Assembly: GCF_964194155.1 (NCBI RefSeq)
Contig: NC_135888.1
Location: forward strand, 96,658,001 to 96,722,000
DNA length: 64,000 nt
Reading direction: 5' to 3'
Source: Cetorhinus maximus
Taxonomy: Eukaryota
In this document: in pieces, positions 12,781-25,759 of the stretch
Position numbering within the stretch: position 1 is the stretch's first letter
Layout of the letters: each line of letters begins with the position of its first letter
The notes under the pieces: generated by a model
What the model saw: the letters and a program-made list of their open reading frames with translations, nothing else
The model's database searches: none
What the model was told of the DNA's origin: nothing
Made by a program: the position numbers and the translations under genes

Positions 12781-14301
12781 TCAAGATTATAGCCTTGAAA
12801 TGACTCCCAGATATTTCTTACTATTCATAAAATATGCAGTTTTAAAGGGTGAAATTTCTTTATTCAATTTTTGAGTTATCAGTGATTGGTCATGCTTGAT
12901 GCACGGTGCATTTAGATGCCATAAGTAACTGTTGAGACTTTACTGTTGCAGTTGTAATGTAATCTGGTGAGTGGCCAGAAATTTTACAATCTACAACCTA
13001 TAAATCGTTTATTCTAAAGTACTTTGCTAACTGAAATAACTCATTTGCATTCTAAGTTCACTAAATGGGGGCCCTGTCCCTGGAGTTAATATCCACCTGC
13101 TCCATCACTGGCACTTTACGACTTCAGTATGTACAATCTACAGAATGCACAATAGCATCTCGCCAAGGTTACATTAACATCAGTCCCTCCCCCACAACCA
13201 CCAGCAAGAAGTGCAAAAGCAGCAAGGAAACACCATCACCTCCAAGTCACACACCACCCTAATACACACACACATATACATACATATCACTACTACTGGT
13301 AGTAGAATCTTGGAATTCTCTCTGTGACATCACTGTGGATGCACCATCAGCAATAGACTGCAGCAGGATTTTTTATTTGTTCACGGGACGAGGGCATGCT
13401 GGTTGGGCCTTTCAAGAGCAATTAGGGATGGACAATAAATGCTGGCCTAGCCACCAATGCCCACATCCTGTAAACAATAAAAAAAAGTTCAAGGGGACAG
13501 CTACCATCTTCTCAGGGCAACAAGGGATGAGCAATGAATGCAGCCTTACTGGTATCACCCACATTTTAGGAAGATTTTTTTTAAGTTGAGTAATTTGTTA
13601 TTACATAATTTCTCTGATTCTATAATCCTCCCAGACCGAAGATCATTGAATAGCATCTTTTAAAAAGTGAGACAGTTAGGAACCTAAGGAACCATTAAGA
13701 GTACAAGATTGATGGGAAAAAATATGCTAAATAATCCCTTAATCCAAGTGATAAAAAATATTCTGACTACTTTAAAAACTGGAAATGCACAAGAGGTCAT
13801 TCCGCATTTAAAAGAGCAAACATCTCGTGAAGAGTCCCACCCAAAATGATCTGTGTTTCTCTTTCAGGTCCTGCTCGTACTGAACGACTGGTTATGTGCT
13901 TCCAACATTTTATTTTCAAATAATATTAATATGTAAAAGTAAACGTTTAGTCAACAGGTTTGACATAAAATGAAGTTTGTTTTTAAGCGGTATCCAGAAT
14001 GTGGCAAAACCTTGTGAACTTAAACTCTTAGAAATATCTCGCTCCAAGAAAGTCAGAAATAGTGTTGCTCCTGCCCATTGATTATACACATGTGGAATCT
14101 TTTCAACCCGACAGGGTGAGGAAGTGTTCACTTTAAACGGGCCTGCAGCAACCACACGTTTTTAATGCCCACCGAACACGAAACAAATGATTAAAACCCT
14201 CCCTGACACGTGCTTTTTACTCTTAGGAAGTTAAAGCAAACGATTAGTAATCGAAAGAGGATAAAAACGCGAAAATATAAGCCTCCGCTGCCTCTCTGTA
14301 C

Positions 14302-14334
14302 CTTCTTCAACTCCAGGTCCACGGGGGCCGCCAT
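14302..14334 (-). CDS. PFDN1: Prefoldin subunit 1, coding exon 1 (33 nt, MAAPVDLELKK)
   Basis: aagATGGCGGCCCCCGTGGACCTGGAGTTGAAGAAG|gtacag; matches the known PFDN1 N-terminus. Confidence 0.97.
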
Positions 14335-14400
14335 CTTTAGAGGATGTGAGCATGCGCAGCTCGCACCTTCTCTACTGCCAGGCTGCCCCGAAAAATCAGC
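14326..14400 (-). promoter_or_regulatory. PFDN1 promoter: YY1 motif over the start codon and an NRF1-like site
   Basis: AAGATGGCGGCC spans the ATG; GAGCATGCGCA at 14348-14358 is one mismatch from NRF1 GCGCATGCGC; local CpG enrichment. Confidence 0.6.
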
Positions 14401-14778
14401 AGTGAAAGGATCATTCTCCTAGGAAAATGCATCGAGCTCAATATTGATGACAGACAAATGCATGTAAAAGTGTGTGTTGCCATAGCAATTCAAATCACTT
14501 TTCTGTCTGCCTGCCCCCCTATAACCCTTGACCCCCTTGTTGGTCAAAAATCTAACACAGCCTTGTATATTTTCAGTGATCCAGCCTCCACTGCTTTCTA
14601 GGGAAGAGAATGCCACAGACTAACAACCTTCAGAGAGAGAAAAACAATCCTTATTATCATAGAGCTTTTGTTAAGCTTTTTTGTAGCGTTTATTATTTTC
14701 TCATTAAGAATAACACACAACAATGTTTGAAATAAGAAGATTCCCAAATTCAATTTACCAATCTGGACCAGGGTATAC

Positions 14779-15161
14779 TAGGGTTACCAACCTCCAGGAT
14801 TGGCCTGGAGTCTCCAAGGATTGATGATTAATCTTCAGGATATTTCTGCGAGCAGAACCGGAAGGGGGAAAATAATCATATGAATGTTTAAAAAAAACAC
14901 TTTGTTTTCAAAATTTTCTCGGAACGCTTCAGCTTATTAGTTTTAAAAATATCAGAGATGGGGATGAAGAAGATAGTTTGACTGTCAGCCAAAAATAATT
15001 TAATTGAATAACAAAGAGTCTGTTTCCAGTTGGCTGTGGGACGATGGTGCCTCATGAGAACGGACTACCGGGTGACCAATGGTGGGATAGTAGGGGCTGT
15101 TGATTCAGAGGTTGTGTGATGAAACCTCCATGAGTACATCCAAGCAGATTTGGCAACCCTA
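14779..15161. mobile_element. hAT-like non-autonomous DNA transposon (MITE)
   Basis: Terminal inverted repeats TAGGGTTACCAA ... TTGGCAACCCTA; the 8-bp TSD is no longer recognisable. Confidence 0.6.
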
Positions 15162-15539
15162 GCTTCAACTAAGGCATTAGTCATGGCCCCACAATTTCTT
15201 TTAGATCTTCCGAGCTAGCAAAGGGAGAAATGTCAGCATTCTAGTAGCCCCTGGATGTGGATGTCATTCTTGTGTACAGGAACATCACCAATTGTGAGGT
15301 CCCTGCAGCTTAGGGAAGTAAATTGGTTTCCATACATATGATATTAATCCTTCCAACATGCACCAATGGCAAGCGGTTAGAGTGGGAGAGGTTTTTGGTC
15401 AGCCATTTGATGAAAAGAAATTCCTCTACCATCACTGTCCATCACTCCAGGTTACAAAGTGTATGTTGCCACAGCAACTCAAACTCCTTGAGGAATCTGA
15501 GTGGAATTGCACTCAACTCAATTTTCCTGTCCACGCCAA

Positions 15540-16005
15540 CTCCCCCCCTCCCCCTACCATAACCCTTGACTCTATTGTTGATTAAAATCTATCTAACACA
15601 GCCTTGTATATATTCCATGACCCAGCCTCCACTGCTTTCTGGGGAAAAGAATGCCATAGGGTAACAACCATCTGAGAGAGAAAAAATTTCCTTATCTCCA
15701 TCTTAAATGGGATATCTCTAATTTTTAAACTGTGTCCCCTAGCTCTAGACTCCCCCACAAGGAAAATATATCCTCTCAGCATCCACCCTGTCAAGTTCCC
15801 TCAGAATCTTATATGTTTCAATAAGATCGCCTCTCACTTTCCTAAGCTCCAATTGGTACGAGCCCAACCTGCTCAACCTTTCCTCATAAAATAATCCCTT
15901 CATCCCAAGAATCATTCAAGCGAACTTCCTCTAAACCGCTCTAATGTGATTATATCCTTTCTTAAGTAAGGAGTCCAAAATTGTACACAGTTCTCCAAAT
16001 GCAGT
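15540..16005 (-). mobile_element. CR1 LINE 3' end fragment
   Basis: ORF 15582..15794 GESRARGHSLKIR...FFLSQMVVTLWHSFPQKAVEA is the CR1 ORF2 C-terminal motif. A similar piece lies at ~14500-14650. Confidence 0.8.
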
Positions 16006-16619
16006 CTGCCTCCAATTTAACACTGGGAAGACTGAGCTAGCATATTTGGCTGTTACTAAGAACAACATAACACTACCACTGATTCCACTTTTGTCTATTG
16101 CTGAACCTGCATGATACAATCTGCAACCCCAATGATCTACAGCACTGAGCTTCAAACCCCAATCCTAGTCATCACCGGTGATATTGCCTGCCTCCACACC
16201 TTCCTCATTCCCAGAACTCCCTAAACCCTTACTTAAATTTGTCAGCCCCACAACTTGAATTGTCTATCTTCCACTGCCTCTCAAGCTCCCCCCTCCATAG
16301 ATTCTAGCTCATCCAAAATTCCACTGCCTGCATCCTGTCTTGCACAAATTCCCATTTTTCTTTCAGGCCAATCCCAGCTCGCTATTCCCCAATGCTTAAT
16401 TTTAAAATTTTTATCCTCATCCCAACTGTCTCCACATCCTTACCGCTATGCTATCTCTGTAATTTTCTCCACTTTTATGCCCTTTATTCTTCCACATCTT
16501 GGCTCCTGTGATTTCCCCTTCTTTACAACAACATGTATTTAGGTACAAGATCATCAATAGTACTATAGTACATAAACAATATGTAAATTGGGACACTATA
16601 TTTACAACAATGATAATAT

Positions 16620-18170
16620 CTTATTTTTATACCATGCCTTTGATATAGTAAAACATCCGAAGGACCATTATCAAACAAAATTTGATATCAAGTCACATTA
16701 GTAGATGTTATAACCTGTTTTCAAAACCTTAGTCAAAGGGCTAGGCTTTAAGGAGTAGCTCAAAGGCAGAGAATGAGGTAGAGAGGGAAATCTGCCATCC
16801 TTGCCTGGTCTGGCCTACATGTGACTTCTGACCTACATGTGACTCCAGACGCACAGCAATGTGGTTGACTCTAAATGGTCCTCTGAAACCCAGCAAGCCA
16901 CTCAGTTCAAGAACAATTAGGGATGGACAACAAATGCTGGCCTTTTCAGCAAAGCCCACACCTCATCAAAGAATAAAGAGAAAAAAGCCTGGATGAGGGT
17001 TTCAGCAGCAGCTGATGTTGCAGATGTGGAAGAAGTCTTTGTGATGGAGCAGTTGTGTGCTTGGAAACCCATCTCAGAGGTGTCAAGATTGAATTTGGGC
17101 TGGTTTGGTTCAGACAATGACTGAGGGAGTGATGGAATTGGTGGCCAGGGAATGGAGTTTGTGGTGTGGACTGAAGACAAAGTCTACAGCCTTCTCAATA
17201 TTTAGTTGATGGGAATTTCTGCCCTTTCAGGAGTGGGTGTTGGGCTAGCTGTTGAAAAATCAAAGACAGTTGAGGAGTCAAGCATGGTAGTAGTGAGATG
17301 GAACTGAATGTCATCAGTATACGTATGGAACTCAATATCAGATGATGTCATCAAGGGAAGCATGTAGATGAGGAATAAGGGGTGGAGGAAGGACAGACAC
17401 TTGGAGGACTCCAGTGCTCACTGTGCGGGAGCAAGGAGAGGCCATTGCAGGTAATTCTGTGGCTCTGATCAGGTAGACAAAAATGGTACCAAGCGATGGC
17501 AGTCCCACTCAAGTGGATGACTGAAGACTGAGGCTGCAGGCAGGTGAAGAAGGGATAGTTTACCACAGTCACATAGGATCTCATTTGTGACTTTAATAAG
17601 CGCTGTTTCAGTACTCTGGCAAGGGTGGAAACCTGATTGGGTGGATTCAAGCAAGGAATTTTGCGAAAGGTGGACACAGATTTGGAAGACAACAAGACGT
17701 TTAAGAACTTTGGCAAGGAAAAGGGGGTTGGAGAAGAAATTATAGATTGCAAGACATAAGGTTCAAGAGTGCTTTTTTGAGGAAAGGTGTGATGACAACA
17801 GAGTTGAAGGAGAGACAGTACCTGAGGAGAGAGAATTGTTAACAATATTCACTAACTTGGGGGCTAGAAAGGGAAGTTGGATTGTCAGTAGTTTGGGAGG
17901 CATATATTCAAGGTGAAGGTTGGTCTCATGGATGAGCTTGGAAAGGGTAAAAGGGAGATAGGAGAGAAATTGAAGCCAAATGCAAGTTCAGAGCTAAAAC
18001 AGGGGGAACCTTGATGGGAGGTTTGGTTTGTTGGACTAGTGGAAGGGGCGGTGGGGTCGAGGCAGCACATGCAGCTGAACTGATAGTCTGAACATTAGTG
18101 ACAAAGAAATTCATGAACTCCTCACACTTGTTCTTGGAGGTGAGGATGGAGGAGGCAAGGGAGAGGCTCT
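16620..18170 (-). mobile_element. L2-clade LINE fragment with a nested CR1-tail/SINE piece (~16785-16980)
   Basis: ORF 17469..17654 QSGFHPCQSTETALIKVTNEIL is an L2 RT motif; heavily degenerate. Confidence 0.75.
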
Positions 18171-21139
18171 ATTCCACCTAGAATGGCAGAAGTATCAATG
18201 GAGTACCTTTCTAAACTCTGCCTGTTCTACCTGATGCTGCAACATCTCAAAACCTATCCTATTGGATAATTTTTTGGTTACCGTTCCAAACTTCATCACT
18301 TATGATGGTGTTTCTGTTTTCTGTAAGCATCTGTGGCATTGTTTTACATTAAAGAAGTTATATAAATGCAAGGTTGTTGCTACTGTTGCTACTTTCTCCC
18401 AAAGCTAATGTTTTCATGCTTAACTTCATAATGTCCAAAATCAACACAATTTGAAAAGTTAATGAATGAAGATCTGTTCATAACCAAAACATTTTCAATG
18501 TCAATATTCCCCATTTAAATCTACAATTTTTAGGTGTGGCATGAGTGTTTTCTGTAAATCACAACCTCTAACTGGGCATGTGTGGGTCCAATTTCATTAT
18601 TACAAATTTAGAGACCAAAAAAATAATTCTCATCAAAGGTTCATTTTATAAAGGTTCTCCTCCTGTGATAGTTTATATTAAAGATGGCGCCAGCAAAAAG
18701 AATTACTAAAATAGGTAAGTTCTAATTTGTTGAAACATGGTTCAGTTTTGCTGCTCCACCAAGCAGTTTAGGGTGGCACTATAATTGGAGCAGCCACTTT
18801 GTCCATGCGGAAAATTAACAGGTTCCTTACTACACATGCTTCTATATGAGGCGCAATTGACCTTAGTCGAACAAATGTTCCTGAGCTGACAAAGCAATTC
18901 CTATATAACAAATTAAAGCAAATTTGGTGAAGCTGTTCGAGAGATATTCAACCCACAACACTAAGTTAATTGCTACTGACCTTTCTATTGATGGTTAGAA
19001 GTCATCTTTGCTAAGCAATTTTTACTGTCCCAGTGACACTGAAGTTGTAAATTCAGAGTTAGGGCTGATTTGGTTTGACACTGCATGGGGTGTAACTCCA
19101 GACCAACATCAAGCTGGATTTTAAAAATCTTTTGAAACCTACGTGCATTCAATTTAAATGTTTAGACAATGCAGACTCTGTTGCCTATATGCACAAAACA
19201 TTTTCCTTTTAATTGCTTGTGGAGGAGGTCTGTCTGCAATTAAGAATCAAAGTTCCAGCTAGACTATGTGAAAAGGATATTGTCCGGCTGAAAGTCATGA
19301 AGGAATGAGTAGGTGTAGCACAAATGCCACATTTGACATGACAAAATTAAGAGGTTATCACAGACTGTCTTCAATTTTCCAAAATATGAAAAGCTGCAAA
19401 TTATGTTCAGTTGAGAACAGCCATAGGGCACAATATTCCAAGCATTGGTGTATACATTCAATAAGTGCTTTGTATCAAACGCATTTTTCCTCAGTCTTTT
19501 TCCCTTTTCTCTTGGCAACATTGACCCAGGCTATAATTCAGTTCTATGTACCTGTAGCCTTCCAGCAATTTGCCTAAGTGGTCATTTTTCTTTGAGGAGC
19601 CTAGATATAAGTGAAGGAGCCTTTCGGCCACAAAGATGAGTATCGTGGAGCTTCAGGATCAAAAAGTCCATAATTCCATTAACCTGCTTATATCTCGAGA
19701 TGCTGATACTAACAGAATTTGTTTGATCTGATTTAAAGCAAAGCAACGGAACAACCCTTTTGAAAACTTTTTAAGTTTTGAAATTGTTAACAGGACAAAC
19801 CAGTGAATCAGATATAAACCTGAAAATAGAGCCAATTTTCCTGGGCTTCAAGAACCGAGTTTCCAGGGCTTGGGTTGCATGTGGCTGTGGAATAGTTTGG
19901 AAATCCCAAGTCTGGATGATGAGCATCAGTAGATTATAGAACCATGAGGCATAAGGCTAAACTTAATCCTGTCCTCTTTTGATGTAAGTACGTTCCGGCA
20001 AAAATCATTGGAAAGTGGGAACCCTCCCTGGCTTTTCTATTTACTAGCCTAGGAGACCAATGCTTCTACAGCTATCTAGAGTAAGATCAATAATTTCAGC
20101 ATGGACAAGGAATTGAATTCTGCTTTTGCTTCAAGCAGCAGTTCTGTTGGAAAGTTATTACTAGCTTCTAAAATTTTCATGCGACATTTTATGTTAGCTT
20201 ATATTACGTGATATTCATCATACACAGCATGCAGCTCATTACCACACACAAAGTCTTGGCTACCAAAGGCCATATTATCAGGATGCAAGTAACATGTTTA
20301 ATTTCTGCAATTATTGCTACTTTAGGGTTTGAATGCATTAATCCCTGGGCAGCAGTACTTCATGGTAATGATGTAAGAGTGACTGCTCTTCAAAAATGCT
20401 TCATAGTCTGTAAAGTGCTTTGAGACATCCAGTGATCATGAAAAGTACTATATAAATGCAATTCTTTCTTTCTTTTAGATATTCTTCCAAGCCAGTCCAA
20501 ATATTATAGTTATCTTCAATAGGAACCCAAGCACAGGGAGTGTTTATTTATAATATAGGATCAACAGACTGCAAATGTGAATACTTGCATTTTCACTATG
20601 TTAACATATGTGTTTTGCATTTTGTAGACAATAATCTATACAGTTAAATTTCTCTTCTCTATCTCTCCACCCCTACCATTTCCACTTTATTTTAGCCTCA
20701 TGTCCTCCTCTCCCGAAGGTGGCAACTGTTAATGGTGATGATCCTACAGGCTCCACGAGTAGTCTGGTATCTCATCTAAGTAACCATTCTTCATGCCTAA
20801 GTCTAGACAGTGAGTGTTGGAAGGCTATTTGAATCTTGGATCCAAGAGAATGGTGCACAATTCTATCCTCACCCAACATCAAATCATGTGCTGTTCCAAT
20901 AGCAGCGATTGCATAGCAAACAGAGTGTGAAGTGTGAATTTTGGCTGCATTTTCCTCTCCCTATTCTGTATTTATTGAGGCTAACAATAGGGTTCTCAGT
21001 TTTGAGTGATTAATATAGCACAGAACCAGAGATTAGGCTTTACTAACCTGTTTGACTAATGATCATGCTAACTGGTGCATTTACTAATTGAGCAAATGAG
21101 GGAGCAAGCTTGCCCATTTACTTCAGCTGTGCAAGCAAA

Positions 21140-21831
21140 TAGAGTTACATTTACATTACTTTATTGAAAATAACCAATACAAAAAAGCTCTGTGCATATA
21201 ATATTTCAATATCCAATATTATGACTTGACATTATAACAAAATAATATAAACCAGTGGTTTTCCCTTTCTGCACTTGTATTACATAGGCATTTTGGTCGG
21301 TGATTTCTTAAATTGTTGTAAGTAAAAGAAATCCATACAGTCAGATTCATACAAAAAGAACACATTTATTTTACACCAGCAATTCATATTGAGAAGTTCA
21401 TTTATGGTTTACTTGTTTTAGGATGGCCATGTTTCTCGAGAAACTCTTTTAAATATTTCTAATGGGACACATATACACATTTTAAACAGGCAGCAGCAGA
21501 AATCACATGCTTTAAATAATAAGCTGCAAATAACCTAAAATAAGTTAAAATATAAAATAATACTAAAATAAATATATACTGACAATTTAAGAACGTGAAT
21601 ATAAATAAGTTGCTTTAAATATTAACGGTATATTAGGAAAATGCAAATGGTGGATACACCTGTAATTTCCAGTCTTCCCAGCTGCTGGGGAATAGATATG
21701 CACCCAATGGATGCAGTCATTTTACTCATTCAGTTCGTGAACAATTTGACTTTGTTTGTTGTCTTTTTATGTCACTTTTATTCTTTCATGATTTCTTCCA
21801 TCATTGAGGTAGATTTTGTAGCCATTTGTAC
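21140..21831 (-). other. HBEGF: HBEGF terminal non-coding exon (3' UTR) with AU-rich elements and poly(A) signal
   Basis: Acceptor tttttaattacag|G at 21831; several ATTTA motifs at ~21449-21620; AATAAA (plus-strand tttatt at 21160-21165). Mammalian HBEGF also has a UTR-only last exon. Confidence 0.7.
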
Positions 21832-23094
21832 CTGTAATTAAAAAGTATGCATTGAATTGATCATTCTAAAACACTGACATACTGACTTGTACATATTTTT
21901 GCACTAGTAGTGTGCTTATGGGCGTAGCTAGAAGAATAATTTTGTCACCCCCCATCCACACTCATAACAGTTCTGTCCTGCAGCAATAAATTTTTGGAGC
22001 TATAAGTTAACATGCTGTTGCAAAATATGAGTCCTATTACAGTGGAAATGTATTTTAACCATTATTACCTAAAACTGGGATCATTCAAAATGCAGTAGGT
22101 CTCATCTCTTTATTACTTTTTATGAAAGCAGTGTCATCTTCTGCTTTATTTCAAACATCTATAGGATCTATAGGTCACTTTGTAAGAAAGGTACTTGGGT
22201 AAATCCCTATAAAAACAAATTAGATTTGTTTAATCTTACTCTAACTTGAAATTAAATAGGATACCAAAAGCTTGATATTGGACTAGAGAACTAAAACAAG
22301 GACATTAAAAACATTGATCATTTAATTAATAAGTGTGCTTTCAGATTTCAATAACATGGTGATGCAAATTCAAAACAAGCTGACATTATCCCACATAGGC
22401 AAAAATGTTCACCATATAATTGTACGTGTCAAAGGGGAGAGTAGAGCTCATAAATCCAGTCAGGATATCAGAAATTGTTGATTCGGACCTTACTGATTTC
22501 GCAACAGTATCTCAAAAGGAAACACATGTTGACAGATACATTTTGGGTTGTGGGTCATTCACAGACTATGGGCCACAAGTTCCACATTGCTAATTCTAAT
22601 CTTTGAACAGTAAAACAGTGTGTTATGGTATTCATGGTGTTATTGGTCTATGCCCATGATTATGTGACATTTTCAAACTAACTACTTTTTATGGACAAGA
22701 TTCCTGATTCATAAAGTAACTTTCCTGCACCATCTGTCTTCCTATCCCAAAAAAAGTCATTAAGCAGCTTTCTCCCAGGCAAGTTGTGTCACTACTCTAA
22801 CAGTGGCAGCTAAGAGACATGAAATGGTAACCCACTCCTTAATTTTCCTTAATCTGTAGTGAAACAGCTGGTCTCTGCTTGGATCCTCCACAAAGCAACA
22901 TCATGAGCTTAAAAACTCTTTGTAACAGACATGAATCCACGTTTGTTTTTTTTAAACTCTGTGGCACAACCAATTCGGGCCACAGAATTTTGCACCGCAC
23001 ATCATCTTGTATGTAATTTCTTTGAACTGTATTTTTTAATGGTTAACACAAAAACTCAGACTAATTCATGAATAGCTTACCATTCCTTTTGAAA

Positions 23095-23170
23095 TCAGTG
23101 ACTGTTATTATTCCCAAGTTTAATCTTTTCTTCACTTTTTACATCATAACTGGCAACTCGCCTGTGATAT
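23095..23170 (-). CDS. HBEGF: proHB-EGF coding exon 5 (cytoplasmic tail and stop; exon extends to 23081)
   Basis: YHRRVASYDVKSEEKIKLGNNNSH* resembles human YHRRGGYDVENEEKVKLGMTNSH*. Acceptor tttgatag; donor GTAAGC at 23080. Confidence 0.95.
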
Positions 23171-23473
23171 CTATCAAAAAACAGACTGTAAAGATTTATA
23201 AGGCAAGAACAGCAGCATATTAAAATATTGCTCAGTTATTTTACACAGATATTTGATACAAAATCCATTTTAAGAACTCATCAGGAACTATTTTGATACA
23301 CACTTTTCAAATGATTAAGCAGGTTGTTTACGAAGGTTTCTTTTCATTTTCACGGTTTAAACAATATAAATAATAAACAGTTATAGATTGTAATGATCAT
23401 TTTATGACATTAAAAGCAGTTTTAAAATCCTAAGATTTACTTAGAAAAACAAATTTCTTTACAGATAACTCAC

Positions 23474-23629
23474 CCAAGAACCAAAAGGACAAGGATTACA
23501 GTGAGACTAAGGGAAGAGAGCACCACTGCCACAATAGCCAGAGTCGTTGTGTTGTCATTTGGATCTTTTGGATGTTCCACAGCTAAAATGAAAGTACCAC
23601 ACCTTACTCCTTCATATCCTGAAAAGCAC
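23474..23629 (-). CDS. HBEGF: proHB-EGF coding exon 4 (EGF C-loop, juxtamembrane, transmembrane; 156 nt)
   Basis: CFSGYEGVRCGTFILAVEHPKDPNDNTTTLAIVAVVLSSLSLTVILVLLVL; acceptor ctttatag, donor GTGAGT, phase 2/2. Confidence 0.96.
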
Positions 23630-24633
23630 CTATAAAGAAATCAAGAAATACATTTTAAATTCTTTATCAAATATAAAATAAAAATGTAACAAGTTAAAAT
23701 CAATGTCATGACTACTATATGCCAAAAAAGGCATATTAAGGCATAAAATGACTATTATATGCAACTGTGACATGCATTTGCTTTCATCAAAAAAGGAATG
23801 ATTTGAAATATTTCTGCTCAGTACATTAAATAATCAAAACTTATCGAATTTTGTGTAGTTGTGGTGGCCAAACATGGACCAAAATGTCTGATATTTGTCT
23901 TACATATTCATATGTTCATATATTAATGCTGCAATGTTTTACATTAAATATCAAGCTTTAATAATGTACATAATTCATTAAATAATGTGATTAAAAACGT
24001 TTTGAACAAAAATCTTTGTACTTTCCTAACATGTAGGAAAAAAATTAACGTTTAACAAAGGATCTCCAATCATCCAATTAAAATTACTCTTAAATCCTAA
24101 GCAGAGAGTGAAATATTGAGCAACAGCATTTCATTCCGCTCACAATAAAACAAATTGTTTTTAATTCCACATATGGAGTTTGATTTCAATGAGGTGCAAC
24201 ATTCATTCCTAGCCTTTTTGATTAAAAAATAAGCCCTTCAATTTTCAGGAGCTTATACTTAAAGGTGCGTGGATACATCGGCGTGTATAGTTCCGAGTTC
24301 ATACTTCAAATAAAAATACCTCCTTTTGCATTAACGGCAGCAGTACAAAAGAAAACTAAATTGGGGTTGTTAAACTTCAATGGTTATCCGTTTCCTTCTT
24401 TGCTCCAGGGACTCTGAAGATATCCGCTTTGTCTAGACATGCTGGGGCTCAGGTATGTGTAATGTTAGTTATTTATTGTCGTCACAGTTTACATACTCAC
24501 TCGAGACTTTTTGATGTTATCTACGTGGCCAGATTTACCTGAACTCCACTCCTACTCCCCGCCACTCCCTCTTGATTACACGAAATCAGCACCTCACCCA
24601 CAGATTGAACAGATTAAAAAAATAATTAAATAC

Positions 24634-24820
24634 CTGCATGATACCTCTTTAATATGCTTCAAATATTGACATTCCCCATGAATGCAGAAATCCTTGTATT
24701 TTCTGTAGCATGGATTCTTTTTACCCTTTCGCTTGCCACGTCTGTTTTTTCTTTGACGCTTTCCTTTGCCTTTGCCCACTTCAGTGGCAGTTGAGTTTTC
24801 CGCAGATTTATAAAAGGCCA
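24634..24820 (-). CDS. HBEGF: proHB-EGF coding exon 3 (heparin-binding region and EGF C1-C4; 187 nt)
   Basis: AFYKSAENSTATEVGKGKGKRQRKNRRGKRKGKKNPCYRKYKDFCIHGECQYLKHIKEVSC; acceptor aaactag, donor GTATTT. Confidence 0.97.
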
Positions 24821-25086
24821 CTAGTTTAAAATAAACAAAGCATTCATGATTTTCCTAAAAGAGAAGGTACAAACAGCTCAAATTTCCCGGAGCTTTTAAT
24901 AGGGTGGCCTCGATATTACACTCCCCCCCCCGCAACCACGGGGGGGGAAAAAAACGCTTTGTTCAACTTTCTACAAAGTAGGAGAGAAAGTTCTGCCACT
25001 GGAAGAAATAAAATCCGCAATTTCTGACCGTGTATGTTTGGGATTTATAGTAGTGAAAGCCACGGAAATCTTCCTCTTAACATTAC

Positions 25087-25263
25087 CTGATGGTATTTCA
25101 GGGGTTCGGTAACTGGGTGGATGCTCGACTGTTTGTACAGTCGGTTCCCCTTCAATAACCTCTCCGAGAATGGTCAGAATATCCTTCTCCCTTCTCCTGA
25201 GACTCCGAGTTACTTCACTCTCGTAGCCTTCGATCGCCGCTCCCATTGCAGCATGGCAAGAAA
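25087..25263 (-). CDS. HBEGF: proHB-EGF coding exon 2 (end of signal peptide, propeptide; 177 nt)
   Basis: Acceptor ttttcgtgcag, donor GTAATG, phase 1/1. SCHAAMGAAIEGYESEVTRSLRRREKDIL...PEIPS is in frame with exons 1 and 3. Confidence 0.88.
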
Positions 25264-25597
25264 CTGCACGAAAACAATTCGATCGTGAAACATCAACAGA
25301 GACTCGATTCAAATTTTTTATTTTAAAAAAAAGTAGCTACTTTTAACTTTTAACAGCAGCTCCTGTGACTGTAGCATGAACTAATAAATCCCCCAGAAAA
25401 TGAGAGGGCCCTTAAAACAAACTTATGCCGGAGATCGACAGAATAAGCCTCCATCTGATAAGATGTCCTTTCCCACTGCCACATTATGATCGAAATTCAA
25501 ACATGAAAGCCTCACTCAGCCAGCTTATCGCCGCCACTTTCCCACTTTTTTTTGTTTTGCTGAAGACAGGCGTTAAGTTTGAGTAAAAGTCACTTAC

Positions 25598-25640
25598 TTG
25601 CGGCGAGGACAAGGAGGGTGGCTGTTATCGAAATCCTCAT
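25598..25640 (-). CDS. HBEGF: proHB-EGF coding exon 1 (signal peptide MRISITATLLVLAA; 43 nt)
   Basis: aacATG, hydrophobic signal peptide, donor A|GTAAGT phase 1. The five exons sum to 639 nt = 212 aa + stop. Confidence 0.9.
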
Positions 25641-25759
25641 GTTGAGCTGCGACCACTTGGAAAATACAAGCTGCCGGTTTCCTTCTCAGCGGTCCAACAC
25701 AAAACAACACTCGCTGCCCGTCGATTTGGTTGACTCGTCCTCAGAAGCAGCCGACAGAA

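Noticed and set aside
20720-21110. tRNA gene-like A/B boxes (similar pieces near 3340-3520, 7760-8120 and 19890-20130)
   Set aside because: No cloverleaf; more likely decayed tRNA-derived SINEs that I cannot name.
24594-24820. Amphiregulin or another EGF ligand; exon-3 read-through isoform ending YLIIFLICSICG
   Set aside because: The cytoplasmic tail and PFDN1 adjacency identify HBEGF. The read-through lacks proper C5-C6 spacing and has no other support.
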